From contig NC_017459.1 in the NCBI RefSeq assembly GCF_000237865.1, positions 1,500,001-1,532,000 on the forward strand: a stretch of DNA of 32,000 bases, given 5' to 3'. Origin of the DNA: Haloquadratum walsbyi C23 (GTDB taxonomy: Archaea; Halobacteriota; Halobacteria; Halobacteriales; Haloferacaceae). This document shows, one piece after another, positions 16,297 through 24,809 of this stretch (positions are counted from its first letter, which is position 1; the number at the start of each line of letters is the position of its first letter). The notes under the pieces are model-generated. The model did not search any database, was not told the DNA's origin, and saw nothing but the letters and a program-made list of their open reading frames with translations. The translations under genes were made by a program, and so were the position numbers.

Positions 16297-17849
16297 CAGA
16301 TGATGGGTCAGGAACGACCCGAGTCGCGAGTGTTATCACTGCAACGGCAGTCCTCATCGCGGTGATTCTATTCATATACCAGGTTGGTGTAGGAAACAGT
16401 GTCGTACTCAGCATACTTTCTGGTGGGACACTTGGGATTGCCACCATCACACAACAACAGAACCCTGATTCGACAGTATTGATGGGGGTGACTACAGTAT
16501 TACTCCCGGTAAGCGCAGCCTGTGGAGTCGCGAGTCTCGGCGTGGCAGCAGTTGAGAGTGATACCCTTCCAGTGCTTTTTTTCGGAGGCACCGAACAACC
16601 CGTTGAGAGGCTTCTTGGGCGTCTCATCATGTATATTGGTGTGACGCTTGGTATTGGGACTGGTATCTATGGGGCGATTATAACTCCTCGTGACGGACCG
16701 ACTGACGGTGTCTTGCTCAATCTCTGGAAGCAAACAGCAGTTATCGAGCTCTCTGTGGGTGCGGTAACGACTGTACTTCTGCTGTTGCGATTCAATCTAC
16801 TGAGTGAGACGTCACTACTGATGCTGCCGCTTGGAGCAGTTGGTGAACTTCTTATTGACCCGAGTTCACTCTCTGTTGGTCTGTTTATTACCGGGTTTGA
16901 AACGACAATCGCCGCATTTCTGATAGGTGAGGTCACCCAAACGGTGCCGATAGTCGAAGTTGCCTCCCGAGCACGACGCGATCGGCTTCAGACAATACTG
17001 ACGCGATCTCAGACGATTTTATCACAATTTGCGGTTTTCAGCATTGGGCTCAGTCTTCTCAGTATCGTAGCGGCACAGACTGGTTGGTTAACATCGCTCA
17101 TCAGACGTATTCCACCCCTCGCGCTGTTAATTGAACTTTCCGTATCACCTGGATTCCGTGTGTTTTTGATTGCAATTATCTGTATCTGTAGTAGTATTAT
17201 TATTCTGATATATATTATCCAACAATTGAGTGGAAACATCATGAGTATAGCACAGTCGATTGCCCCAGTATCAATCGGCGTCGGTGTGGTGATCACCGTC
17301 GCGTTGATACTGAGTGCAGAAATTCAATCTGTCCTTTCAGCACTGCCGAGTGCGATTCAACCACAAATAGCGGAATACATACAGCTTATTTCACCAGTTG
17401 GGATAGTACTCATTTATGTTGAGATTGCGTTATTTGCACTGGGAGCCGTGCTCTTTGGAAGTACTATTTTAGGACTGATTGGATATCTCCCATCTCATGC
17501 GACCGGCGGAGCAATCGCTGGGACGGGACTCATTGGAAGTAGTCTGCTTATTGGAATCTTCGATCAGGCTCCATTAATCGTCTTCAGCGGTGTTGCACTC
17601 GCAATTATTGCATGGGATTCGAGTAGCCACGGAGTCACAGCCCAATCTGAACTCGGAACGCGCGGTGGCACTCGCGTAACGATACTTCACAGTCTCAATA
17701 CAATCGCCGTTGCACTACTTGGGGTTGGTATTGCATGGGGGCTTCAGTCAACCGTGGTGGGTCTGTCTGTTTCCCAGGAGAGTGCGCTCACTGGGGTACT
17801 CCTTGTTGTGCCGGCGGTGTTGATTTTCCTGACGATATTGCGTGGATAG
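16293..17849 (+). CDS. Polytopic integral membrane protein of unknown function (about 12 or more predicted helices)
   Basis: 518 aa, almost entirely hydrophobic segments. Its ATG overlaps the DUF58 stop (ATGA at 16293-16296). Confidence 0.8.
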   Translation: MTDDGSGTTRVASVITATAVLIAVILFIYQVGVGNSVVLSILSGGTLGIATITQQQNPDSTVLMGVTTVLLPVSAACGVASLGVAAVESDTLPVLFFGGTEQPVERLLGRLIMYIGVTLGIGTGIYGAIITPRDGPTDGVLLNLWKQTAVIELSVGAVTTVLLLLRFNLLSETSLLMLPLGAVGELLIDPSSLSVGLFITGFETTIAAFLIGEVTQTVPIVEVASRARRDRLQTILTRSQTILSQFAVFSIGLSLLSIVAAQTGWLTSLIRRIPPLALLIELSVSPGFRVFLIAIICICSSIIILIYIIQQLSGNIMSIAQSIAPVSIGVGVVITVALILSAEIQSVLSALPSAIQPQIAEYIQLISPVGIVLIYVEIALFALGAVLFGSTILGLIGYLPSHATGGAIAGTGLIGSSLLIGIFDQAPLIVFSGVALAIIAWDSSSHGVTAQSELGTRGGTRVTILHSLNTIAVALLGVGIAWGLQSTVVGLSVSQESALTGVLLVVPAVLIFLTILRG

Positions 17850-18053
17850 ACACGAACAAACCACCGCTGAGTATTCGCTGGAGTGTCTATGAGCCGTATG
17901 ACTCTCTTTCGTTTACTTATCATCAGTATAAATACGATGAGGAATTCTCTGCTGGGGGTGGCTCATACTGCTGGCTATAACTACGTGGAGATTTCCGACA
18001 CCCCGGGGTGCCGAAATCCTTCGCGTGACTATAGCCAACAGTATCAACAAATC

Positions 18054-19034
18054 CTACTTCATGCCCTGCGCAGCAGGGACATCAACAGCATCGAGTACAG
18101 AGTGAGTGACTGCTTTGGGTTTGATATCTCGAATTGTTGCCTCTGAGGTTAAGACGAGTCGATGTGTAATAACTGCTGAGGCAATCGTTTTGACGTCATC
18201 TGGTGTCACATAAGATCGTCCAGCAATCACCGCATATGCACGTGCAGCCTCGTAGAATCGCTGGATACCGCGCGGTGAAACGCCGACCTCGACGCGATCA
18301 TCCTTGCGGGTCTGACGAGCGATATCAGTAAGATACTCACGAACGTTGAGACGCATTGAAACATATTCAGGTGTTTGTCGAAGCGTCACAACTTGATCAG
18401 GATTGATCACAGCATCAACCTCGGGGGTCGTCAGTTGTCGATTACTACGGCGATTGATCAACTCAAGTTCCCCTTCGCGGCTTGGATAGCCGATTGACGT
18501 TTTAAGAATGAATCGATCCTGTTGAGCCTCAGGAAGGCTGAACGTGCCTTCCTGCTCAACCGGATTCTGTGTTGCAATCACAAAAAACGGCTCCGGCAGT
18601 GGATATGTATCACCGCCGACAGTTACTTGTTGTTCGTCCATCGCCTCAAGTAATGCAGACTGCGTCTTCGGTGGGGCACGGTTGATCTCATCAGCCAACA
18701 CAACATTGGCAAAGAGAGGTCCCTGTTGAAAGCTGAACTCACCTGTCTGCTCATCAAAGATATGTGTACCAGTGATATCACTCGGGAGGAGATCAGGGGT
18801 AAATTGAATTCGGTTATACTCAAGCCCGAACGCGTCTGCCAACGCAATTGCGGTAAGTGTTTTTCCAGTCCCAGGCACGTCTTCAATTAATACGTGACCA
18901 CGAGCGAGTAATCCGGTGATAATTGTCTCTAGAAACGACCGATCAGTAATGACTGCACTGCTTATCTCATCAATAATACGCTCAATATGTGAACCTGCCT
19001 CCTCTATTGAAAATTTATCAATCGTCATACTCAA
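18054..19034 (-). CDS. MoxR-family AAA+ ATPase (AAA_3 type)
   Basis: 326 aa with GHVLIEDVPGTGKT (Walker A), RIQFTPDLLPSDITG, LADEINRAPPKTQSALLEAM (Walker B region) and VIATQNPVEQEGTFSLPEAQQDRF. It is convergent with the four + strand genes. Confidence 0.95.
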   Translation of the reverse strand: MSMTIDKFSIEEAGSHIERIIDEISSAVITDRSFLETIITGLLARGHVLIEDVPGTGKTLTAIALADAFGLEYNRIQFTPDLLPSDITGTHIFDEQTGEFSFQQGPLFANVVLADEINRAPPKTQSALLEAMDEQQVTVGGDTYPLPEPFFVIATQNPVEQEGTFSLPEAQQDRFILKTSIGYPSREGELELINRRSNRQLTTPEVDAVINPDQVVTLRQTPEYVSMRLNVREYLTDIARQTRKDDRVEVGVSPRGIQRFYEAARAYAVIAGRSYVTPDDVKTIASAVITHRLVLTSEATIRDIKPKAVTHSVLDAVDVPAAQGMK

Positions 19035-19128
19035 TGATCATCTCTCATCGCACGCATTATCCATTCATATCTATAGCATCATTTGTCTTTTTGACGCACG
19101 ATCTGGATTCAATTTATAAAAACCCGAA

Positions 19129-19372
19129 TTGAATGCGACGGGGCTCGACCCCGAGGCAGTTCACCTGATCTTTGGTTTGTTATGAACGGTCGAAACAAAT
19201 GATGTGAGCCCCTCGCAATAGCCTCATCGCTATCTTCACAAACTGTAGACGGCTAACAAAGGTACTTATGTTATAAATTAGAGTTATCGATTTACTGATT
19301 TGGACATAACGTGACGGCGCGTATCCACGTCGTGAACGGGCGTGGTATTGCGCCTGTTCAGCATATAACGTC
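19129..19372 (-). mobile_element. Copy D: internal tnpB-like fragment (zinc-ribbon to RuvC-III region), no recognisable right end
   Basis: The minus frame reads AQYHARSRRGYAPS...ICFDRS*QTKDQVNCLGVEPRRIQ. This is colinear and in frame with copy A (AQSHACSRRGYAPS...VPYVGIKQR). It contains the inverted copy of the 46-nt palindrome and a 26-nt match to 31840-31865. Confidence 0.35.
19313..19358. repeat. Inverted copy of the 46-nt palindrome at 6317..6362
   Basis: tgacggcgcgtatccacgtcgtgaacgggcgtggtattgcgcctgt equals the reverse complement of 6317-6362 with 3 mismatches. Confidence 0.85.
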
Positions 19373-19540
19373 TGTTCACTCTCATAATGGTTAGTGCAAG
19401 TCTTTATTGCCGTGATTATCCGTGTCGGTGATAGAAGCCGCTGAACCCGCGTCATTCGACATCGCCGGTGAAACTATTCGAACTAATCACTCTCAGTGCT
19501 AGTTTTGAGATTGACCAAACCACAACATGAGTTCAGATAA

Positions 19541-19957
19541 TCATTGGCGTTGGCGAAAGAGTAGAATAAGAAGTGCAATAATCAGGAGGACTTGTACAAC
19601 CTTATCAAGATAGCCTACCGGAGTAAAGTTTCCAGATTTAACCACGAACCAGAGTGGAATCTGCACTGCCGTGTACGGAATAGCAGCAATCGTCAGTAAA
19701 CGCTGATTACTTCCGCGAATATAGAGTCCGATTCCTCCCAGAAATCCAAGTCCTGCAAGAAGAAGCGGTGGAATTATTCCCTGATTGAGGCCAGCATATA
19801 CATGTGTGATTGCTGTAATCGTCAGTAGACCAATTACTATCATCTCAAGTCTCGACCCGACTGCTCCTGTTGATGACTCAGATTTCGCCTGTCCAAGCGT
19901 TGATTCCATATAATGTATTAGTGCTGCCGTTAGTAAAATATTGGGATTGGTGCACAT
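19541..19957 (-). CDS. Small integral membrane protein (about 4 TM), unknown function
   Basis: 138 aa. Hydrophobic helices include MIVIGLLTITAITHVYAGL, IIPPLLLAGLGFLGGIGLYI, LLTIAAIPYTAVQIPLWFVV and VVQVLLIIALLILLF. An alternative start is the ATG at 19909 (MESTLGQ...). Confidence 0.6.
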   Translation of the reverse strand: MCTNPNILLTAALIHYMESTLGQAKSESSTGAVGSRLEMIVIGLLTITAITHVYAGLNQGIIPPLLLAGLGFLGGIGLYIRGSNQRLLTIAAIPYTAVQIPLWFVVKSGNFTPVGYLDKVVQVLLIIALLILLFRQRQ

Positions 19958-20089
19958 TACTGTTCCCGTGAATAATGGTAAATGATAATTTATTGATCGT
20001 GAACAGATTATCTGAGTTCCGAATTAACGTGTATACCAACCAATAAGACTCGCTCGATAAAGCAACGAATAAATTTTATTTTCAAAGTG

Positions 20090-20488
20090 TTATCGGAAAA
20101 ATCGGGGGGTGCTCACATGCATTCCAATAAACACCGGATTAGCCTCACCTGCCTCAATATCAGTATCCCTCACCTCAAGCGTTCCACTCCATCGTGTATC
20201 GAATGCGTATCGCTCATCCTCAACCGTGTCTGTCCACTCAATTCGAACATCATCACTGAAACATGCATAAGTGCTCGCCGTATATACGGTGAGATTTTTA
20301 CTATCAACGACCCAGTTTGTTGTCCGGCTTGTCTGTGTGCTGAGTCCTTCCCTAATTGTGTCCCCACCGGCAAGTCGGTCTGAAATACCGAACTTCACAA
20401 TTGAGTCCTCATCTGCAAAAAATTCACCAAGCGGCTCGCCCGCGCGGAGCGCAGCGTAATATGAACGAATTCTACGTTTGAATGTCAT
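20090..20488 (-). CDS. NTF2-like / SnoaL-like fold protein
   Basis: 132 aa. The N-terminus IRSYYAALRAGEPLGEFFADEDSIV is typical of SnoaL/DUF4440-type proteins, and the protein is acidic. It lies 47 nt downstream of the PH-domain gene pair on the same strand. Confidence 0.55.
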   Translation of the reverse strand: MTFKRRIRSYYAALRAGEPLGEFFADEDSIVKFGISDRLAGGDTIREGLSTQTSRTTNWVVDSKNLTVYTASTYACFSDDVRIEWTDTVEDERYAFDTRWSGTLEVRDTDIEAGEANPVFIGMHVSTPRFFR

Positions 20489-20535
20489 AGTTGCATAATG
20501 AGCTTAACCAATAAATCCCTATCATATTGAAAGAC

Positions 20536-21066
20536 TCACTCAATCGTCACTCGAATATCACGAACAAGTTGCAGCACTGAATACCACTGATTGGGTGAGC
20601 CTGGAATTTCTTCGCTCATATCACCGATGCGACTGGTGATTGCTTCACGTGCAATCTCGGGGTTGTCAATCCGTTGGAATTGTAAATCACTCCCACCAGC
20701 AGTCTCAATTGTGACCGTGCCATACTCAAATAGCGATCCAGTAACTGACTGGCTATAAGCCGTATTCTGGACTTTCGACAACTCAACTCGTCGAACAGTT
20801 TGTCTCATTACACCATGTTTCGCCCAAATTGATCGAGTTGTGATGACATACTCTGTTTGTTGCACCCGGCGCACAGCCCATATGACGATACCGATGCCAA
20901 GGATACTCGCTATACCCAGCCGTCTGTCCACGAGCACTGCCATCAAAAGCGCAAGAATCGAAAGCGCAATACCAATTGCAATCCCACCGGTAGCCGCTGA
21001 AAGCCGAGGATTCCCCTGCCAGACAGTTCTTTCATTATCAAATTGAAATCGCCATTCGTTACTCAT
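20536..21066 (-). CDS. Membrane-anchored bacterial PH domain (bPH_2, YdbS/YdbT-like) protein
   Basis: 176 aa. WQGNPRLSA is followed by a two-helix hairpin, then YVITTRSIWAKHGVMRQTVRRVELSKVQNTAYSQSVTGSLFEYGTVTIETAGGSDLQFQRIDNPEIA. Its ATG overlaps the upstream stop (TGATG at 21068-21064). Confidence 0.8.
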   Translation of the reverse strand: MSNEWRFQFDNERTVWQGNPRLSAATGGIAIGIALSILALLMAVLVDRRLGIASILGIGIVIWAVRRVQQTEYVITTRSIWAKHGVMRQTVRRVELSKVQNTAYSQSVTGSLFEYGTVTIETAGGSDLQFQRIDNPEIAREAITSRIGDMSEEIPGSPNQWYSVLQLVRDIRVTIE

Positions 21067-21716
21067 CAGTCTTCAGTATGCTCAGTAGTTGATACTTGAT
21101 CAGTTGATGTGTGATTGCCAGCGAGGTGAATACCGTCAGTGTCGCTCTCACCCGCATCGTCGGTTACTACCGAGCGAATTGTCCGGAGCTCTGTGAGAAT
21201 TTCATCAAGAACTTCGTTAGCATCAGATGCGGAATCCGGTTCACCGTGTTGTCGACTATCGACTTCTTTTGCAACTAATTCTTGGACCGATGCTGGGTTC
21301 GGGATATTACGGAATTGAAGTTCGACGCCTGATCCACCAGCCGTGCTAATGTCGACGGATCCATATCCTAGTGATGAGCCCAGAACCGATTGTGAATACG
21401 ATGTGTTTTGAACCTTTTCAAACCCAATCTGCTGGACATTCATAGATAAAATCCCACGTTTACTGTACAGTCCACGATTTGTGACAACATAATTTGTATT
21501 CGTATATTGAAGATATGAACTAACAACGATCGGAATCCCAATAAGGAGAAGCGAAAGAGGGATTCCAATCACAAATGCAGGGATGATACTATACCTATGT
21601 GGTGTGTTGACCCACTCAATTGACTCGCCATCTTCGAGTGTAAGCCAATCAAGATCAACTTCAGCGGTATCAATTGAATCACGTCCTGATGTTTCCCGGA
21701 GGACCTCTTTGGACAT
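21066..21716 (-). CDS. Membrane-anchored bacterial PH domain (bPH_2, YdbS/YdbT-like) protein with an acidic C-terminal tail
   Basis: 216 aa. ESIEWVNTPHRYS is followed by a two-helix hairpin, then YVVTNRGLYSKRGILSMNVQQIGFEKVQNTSYSQSVLGSSLGYGSVDISTAGGSGVELQFRNIPNPASV. It is a paralogue of the downstream gene. Confidence 0.8.
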   Translation of the reverse strand: MSKEVLRETSGRDSIDTAEVDLDWLTLEDGESIEWVNTPHRYSIIPAFVIGIPLSLLLIGIPIVVSSYLQYTNTNYVVTNRGLYSKRGILSMNVQQIGFEKVQNTSYSQSVLGSSLGYGSVDISTAGGSGVELQFRNIPNPASVQELVAKEVDSRQHGEPDSASDANEVLDEILTELRTIRSVVTDDAGESDTDGIHLAGNHTSTDQVSTTEHTED

Positions 21717-22199
21717 GGATTCACTAACGTGGTCAAGTCAAAAAACCACCGTGGCGAGTAATTGCTTAGGATACAGTTATTACTCGTCTCTGTTGGACTG
21801 ATCAAATAAAATACCGGAGTGGCTGGTGAACTCTCCTGACCTACTCAGCTATCACAGATGACTTGCTTAATGACGGGGCTTCCAGCGAAGATTATTCAAA
21901 TTCCAGTTATCTTCCAAGTCGAAGAGACTTATTCGTGGTGGGGTACATAGTCCTCACCAGACTCTCTTTCTCAAACATCTTAGTTGAGAGATTGAGCCAA
22001 CCTGTCCAAACTGTATGACGAAACGACAAGAACGGATTATGTTGCTGTCTGCATTAGCGGTTTGAATGACTCCCACGCTAGGCGATTAATGAATGTCGGA
22101 CTACAATATTAAAATTATAACTATCAGGCATATCTTCTCACTACTCGTTCATTTTCCCTCACTTCTTAAGCAAGAGGTCTTGCCCTAGACCATGATAAA

Positions 22200-22661
22200 A
22201 TGCCAATACCGACATATTTGAAAGAAAAATATATATCGATGACACAGAATGATGCTAAAAAGCGTATTCTACAGGTACTTGCTCATGGCCGATCGAACAC
22301 GCATCATATCTATCAGCAAAGTAATCTTGATGATGAGGTCGTTCCGGAGGTATTAGCGCAACTGTGCGCATCTGGTCTTGTCACGGAAGTTGATCGTGGA
22401 CTCTACTCAATTACCCCTGCCGGATTAGATCGTCTTGACCATGATTATCCCTCTGAGGCTGGATTTCTTACTACAACCGAGGTGATTCACGATACGCCGA
22501 CGATTAAGACAATACGACTCCATGGGGATCGTCAGATTGTTGAAACACAGGTGGACGATGAGTCGGTCACGATGCTCGCTGACGCACTATACGAAGTTCT
22601 CACCGGGACACATGCTGAAGATGAGATTACTGAGGCACTGAAAGAATTTCTGAATAGATAA
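22200..22661 (+). CDS. Winged-helix DNA-binding protein (MarR/ArsR-like fold) with an acidic C-terminal domain
   Basis: KKRILQVLAHGRSNTHHIYQQSNLDDEVVPEVLAQLCASGLVTEVDRGLYSITPAGLDRL has the wHTH pattern. An alternative start is the ATG at 22239 (MTQNDAKK). Confidence 0.6.
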   Translation: MPIPTYLKEKYISMTQNDAKKRILQVLAHGRSNTHHIYQQSNLDDEVVPEVLAQLCASGLVTEVDRGLYSITPAGLDRLDHDYPSEAGFLTTTEVIHDTPTIKTIRLHGDRQIVETQVDDESVTMLADALYEVLTGTHAEDEITEALKEFLNR

Positions 22662-22832
22662 TTTCGGGAGTCTGAATATAATAAGGTGCAGGAAACCGGA
22701 GCTGAAGCTTGACACTCTTGACAGTCCCTATTGCAGACCGTGAACAATCTGTTTAGGTTCGCATACGCGGTAAATGGTTGTTCGATGAGGATCGTCAAGT
22801 TAGCCTAACGGATTTTCTCTTGAAGAAGGATA

Positions 22833-23315
22833 TTAGCCCTTAGCTTGATCCACCGTAATCCCGTGTGGATCCGCGTCACTACTGCCGATCACCATCTCAA
22901 ATTCTGGTGGAAACTGACCATCAACAAGAAGTCTTGCCCAGTCGATGATGATTTCAAAGAACACACTATCATTATTCCTGAGATACTGACTGGGACCGTA
23001 TTTATCTCTGTACTTACTTTTAATTTGTTCAGCAGCCTCACCGTGTACTTCTGTCGCCACCCCCTCCAGTTGCAGATTATATTGCGCCTCATCGACGACG
23101 AGCGCAACCCGTGGATTGACTGTCATATTTTCGTATTTTCGATACATTGATTCAGTCGTAATATACAGATCAAGATTCTGATCAGAAACAAACCGAATTG
23201 TTGCCGCTTCAGGAACGCCATCCTGCGATGCTGTCGCCAATGTACATGTCTGTGCTTCAGTAAGCACCTGTCGTGCTTTTGTCTTCGACGAGGGTGATGA
23301 GGATTCCTCAGTCAC
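22833..23315 (-). CDS. Pyridoxamine 5'-phosphate oxidase-like FMN-binding split-barrel protein
   Basis: 160 aa. ARQVLTEAQTCTLATASQDGVPEAATIRFVSDQNLDLYITTESMYRKYENMTVNPRVALVVD fits the PNPOx-like family pattern. Confidence 0.75.
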   Translation of the reverse strand: MTEESSSPSSKTKARQVLTEAQTCTLATASQDGVPEAATIRFVSDQNLDLYITTESMYRKYENMTVNPRVALVVDEAQYNLQLEGVATEVHGEAAEQIKSKYRDKYGPSQYLRNNDSVFFEIIIDWARLLVDGQFPPEFEMVIGSSDADPHGITVDQAKG

Positions 23316-23556
23316 TATTAATGATTTTGAGAAGCTCTCTGTTGAGTGTTCTGCAAGTTCTGATATTAATCATGTCGTCCGCTGGTAAAAGTGATATTTC
23401 GTTTGCTGTCGGACATTAACCACGGTGACACCACGTATGGTGTCAGGAATATTGCTTTTATGATACGCGGCGTCACATCTAATGCTTGGACGCGAAGATA
23501 CGAATGGTGATACCAACCTGTATTGGTTAACTTTGGCACGACCTCGGAGATGACTT

Positions 23557-24047
23557 TTACTGAGACCGCAGATCTAAGATTATCGCCGTACTTCGCTCGA
23601 TTTCCCTCAGCAACTGGATATTCCTCACCCGAGGCAGCGGTTCGGGAACTGCTGTAATCAATGGACCACCGCTGTTCCCGGGATTGATGACGGCGTCCAT
23701 TTGAACGATGTCGGGAATTGCAAATTTCCCTGATGTCGGCATAGAGCGATCGACACCTGAAACGACACCGGTCGTGACTGACCCATCCAAACCGAGTGGG
23801 CTCCCAAGTGCTGCAACAGGTTGAGGTGGTTGCGGATATGCCACGTACTCAGCGATTTGTAGTTGTGTCTGCTGGACTATCTTTAATCAGTGAGAGAATC
23901 CCGCCGTTTACCACGGGCGTGAATCAGGTTACTCGTGATGTGGATAACTGCAAGATCAATATAAAGATCACTTCCGACGATAGTTCCAGTCTCCCAGCTT
24001 CCATCATGAAATCGAATATTGACACTGACATTGATAGGACCGATCAT
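23557..24047 (-). pseudogene. HtrA/DegP-type (S1C) serine protease relic: internal fragment with at least two frameshifts, lacking the His region and PDZ domain
   Basis: Minus-strand pieces fall in three frames. These are ...VNIRFHDGSWETGTIVGSDLYIDLAVIHITS (Asp motif DLAV), then ...[10 protein letters not shown]..., then [26 protein letters not shown]...[15 protein letters not shown] (Ser motif GNSGGP). No TNxHV His motif is found upstream, and the reading frame ends 35 codons after GNSGGP. Confidence 0.6.
23876..23912. repeat. Second copy of the 37-nt segment at 5583..5619
   Basis: See 5583..5619. There are 3 mismatches in 37 and the orientation is the same. Confidence 0.8.
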
Positions 24048-24147
24048 CAATAGACAACTGACTCCTCGCGGCGTGTCTGATCAAGTAAATGAACTGCATA
24101 GGGGCAGAAATAAATACACATACATGCGCGCAGACCAGTAATACTAG

Positions 24148-24699
24148 ATGCTGGTTATACGTCCGCTCACCGACAATAACAGCAAGATGAGTGAAGTTAC
24201 TTCGCTTATTACATCACATTTCGCTGATGATTGGTCGTACGATGTCCCAGTGAATAACGAGAGTGATGGGACCTTTGTTCGAGTCGCAGAGAAGAACAAT
24301 GATCCAGTTGGTGTGATGGCACTCACGATATATACGTCAAAAGAACAACTGCGAGACGCTATGCACCTCATCGATACAGTTGAACCGATTCCACCCGGAT
24401 CTCAGTATGGATTTATTCATGCAGGATATGTCGACCCTGAGCGGACCGGTGAAGGAATTGGAAGCTCTCTGATCGAGCGATTACACGATATCGGTGACTC
24501 ACGAGATGTCGATCATTTCGTTGCTGACGCGTGGTTTCATGGTGGTCCTGACTCCCCAGCACAATTACTCACGACGCATGAGTATGATATCTTGCATACC
24601 CACTCCATCGCTGGACATACTGATGGACCTTGTCCGAAATGTGGAAGCTCATGTGTATGCGAAGCAGCACTTGCCGTACGTTCGGTCCATACAAAGTGA
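24148..24699 (+). CDS. GNAT-family N-acetyltransferase with a C-terminal Cys cluster
   Basis: 183 aa. The acetyl-CoA motif-A-like segment is GYVDPERTGEGIGSSLIERL (RxxGxG). The N-terminus MLVIRPLTDNN is typical of GNATs. The C-terminus has CPKCGSSCVCE. Confidence 0.7.
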   Translation: MLVIRPLTDNNSKMSEVTSLITSHFADDWSYDVPVNNESDGTFVRVAEKNNDPVGVMALTIYTSKEQLRDAMHLIDTVEPIPPGSQYGFIHAGYVDPERTGEGIGSSLIERLHDIGDSRDVDHFVADAWFHGGPDSPAQLLTTHEYDILHTHSIAGHTDGPCPKCGSSCVCEAALAVRSVHTK

Positions 24700-24809
24700 G
24701 CTATCACGCGTTCTATACCAGATTAATTAATCACAGTGAAAAGCACACGCTCAGATTCACAGATTCACAGAGTCACAGGACGGATACCACGGGCTTGACC
24801 GCGAGCGGT

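Noticed and set aside
11243-17296. Numerous 60-120-aa ORFs on the minus strand and in alternative + frames, inside the transglutaminase, DUF58 and membrane-protein genes. Similar ORFs occur inside the ATPase, CNNM and peptidase genes.
   Set aside because: They are fully nested in, or antisense to, long ORFs that have clear family motifs. They are consistent with frame shadows of those genes.
17999-18010. A perfect 12-nt palindrome, CACCCCGGGGTG, between the convergent 3' ends of the polytopic membrane gene and moxR. I considered it as a bidirectional terminator.
   Set aside because: It is too short (a 4-bp stem once a loop is allowed) and lacks the adjacent T-run expected for archaeal termination.
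19107-19134. A 7-bp inverted repeat, ATTCAAT-N14-ATTGAAT, flanking the TATA-like box upstream of moxR. I considered it as an operator.
   Set aside because: Dozens of 7-bp inverted repeats with short spacing are expected by chance in 32 kb. There is no second copy or other support.
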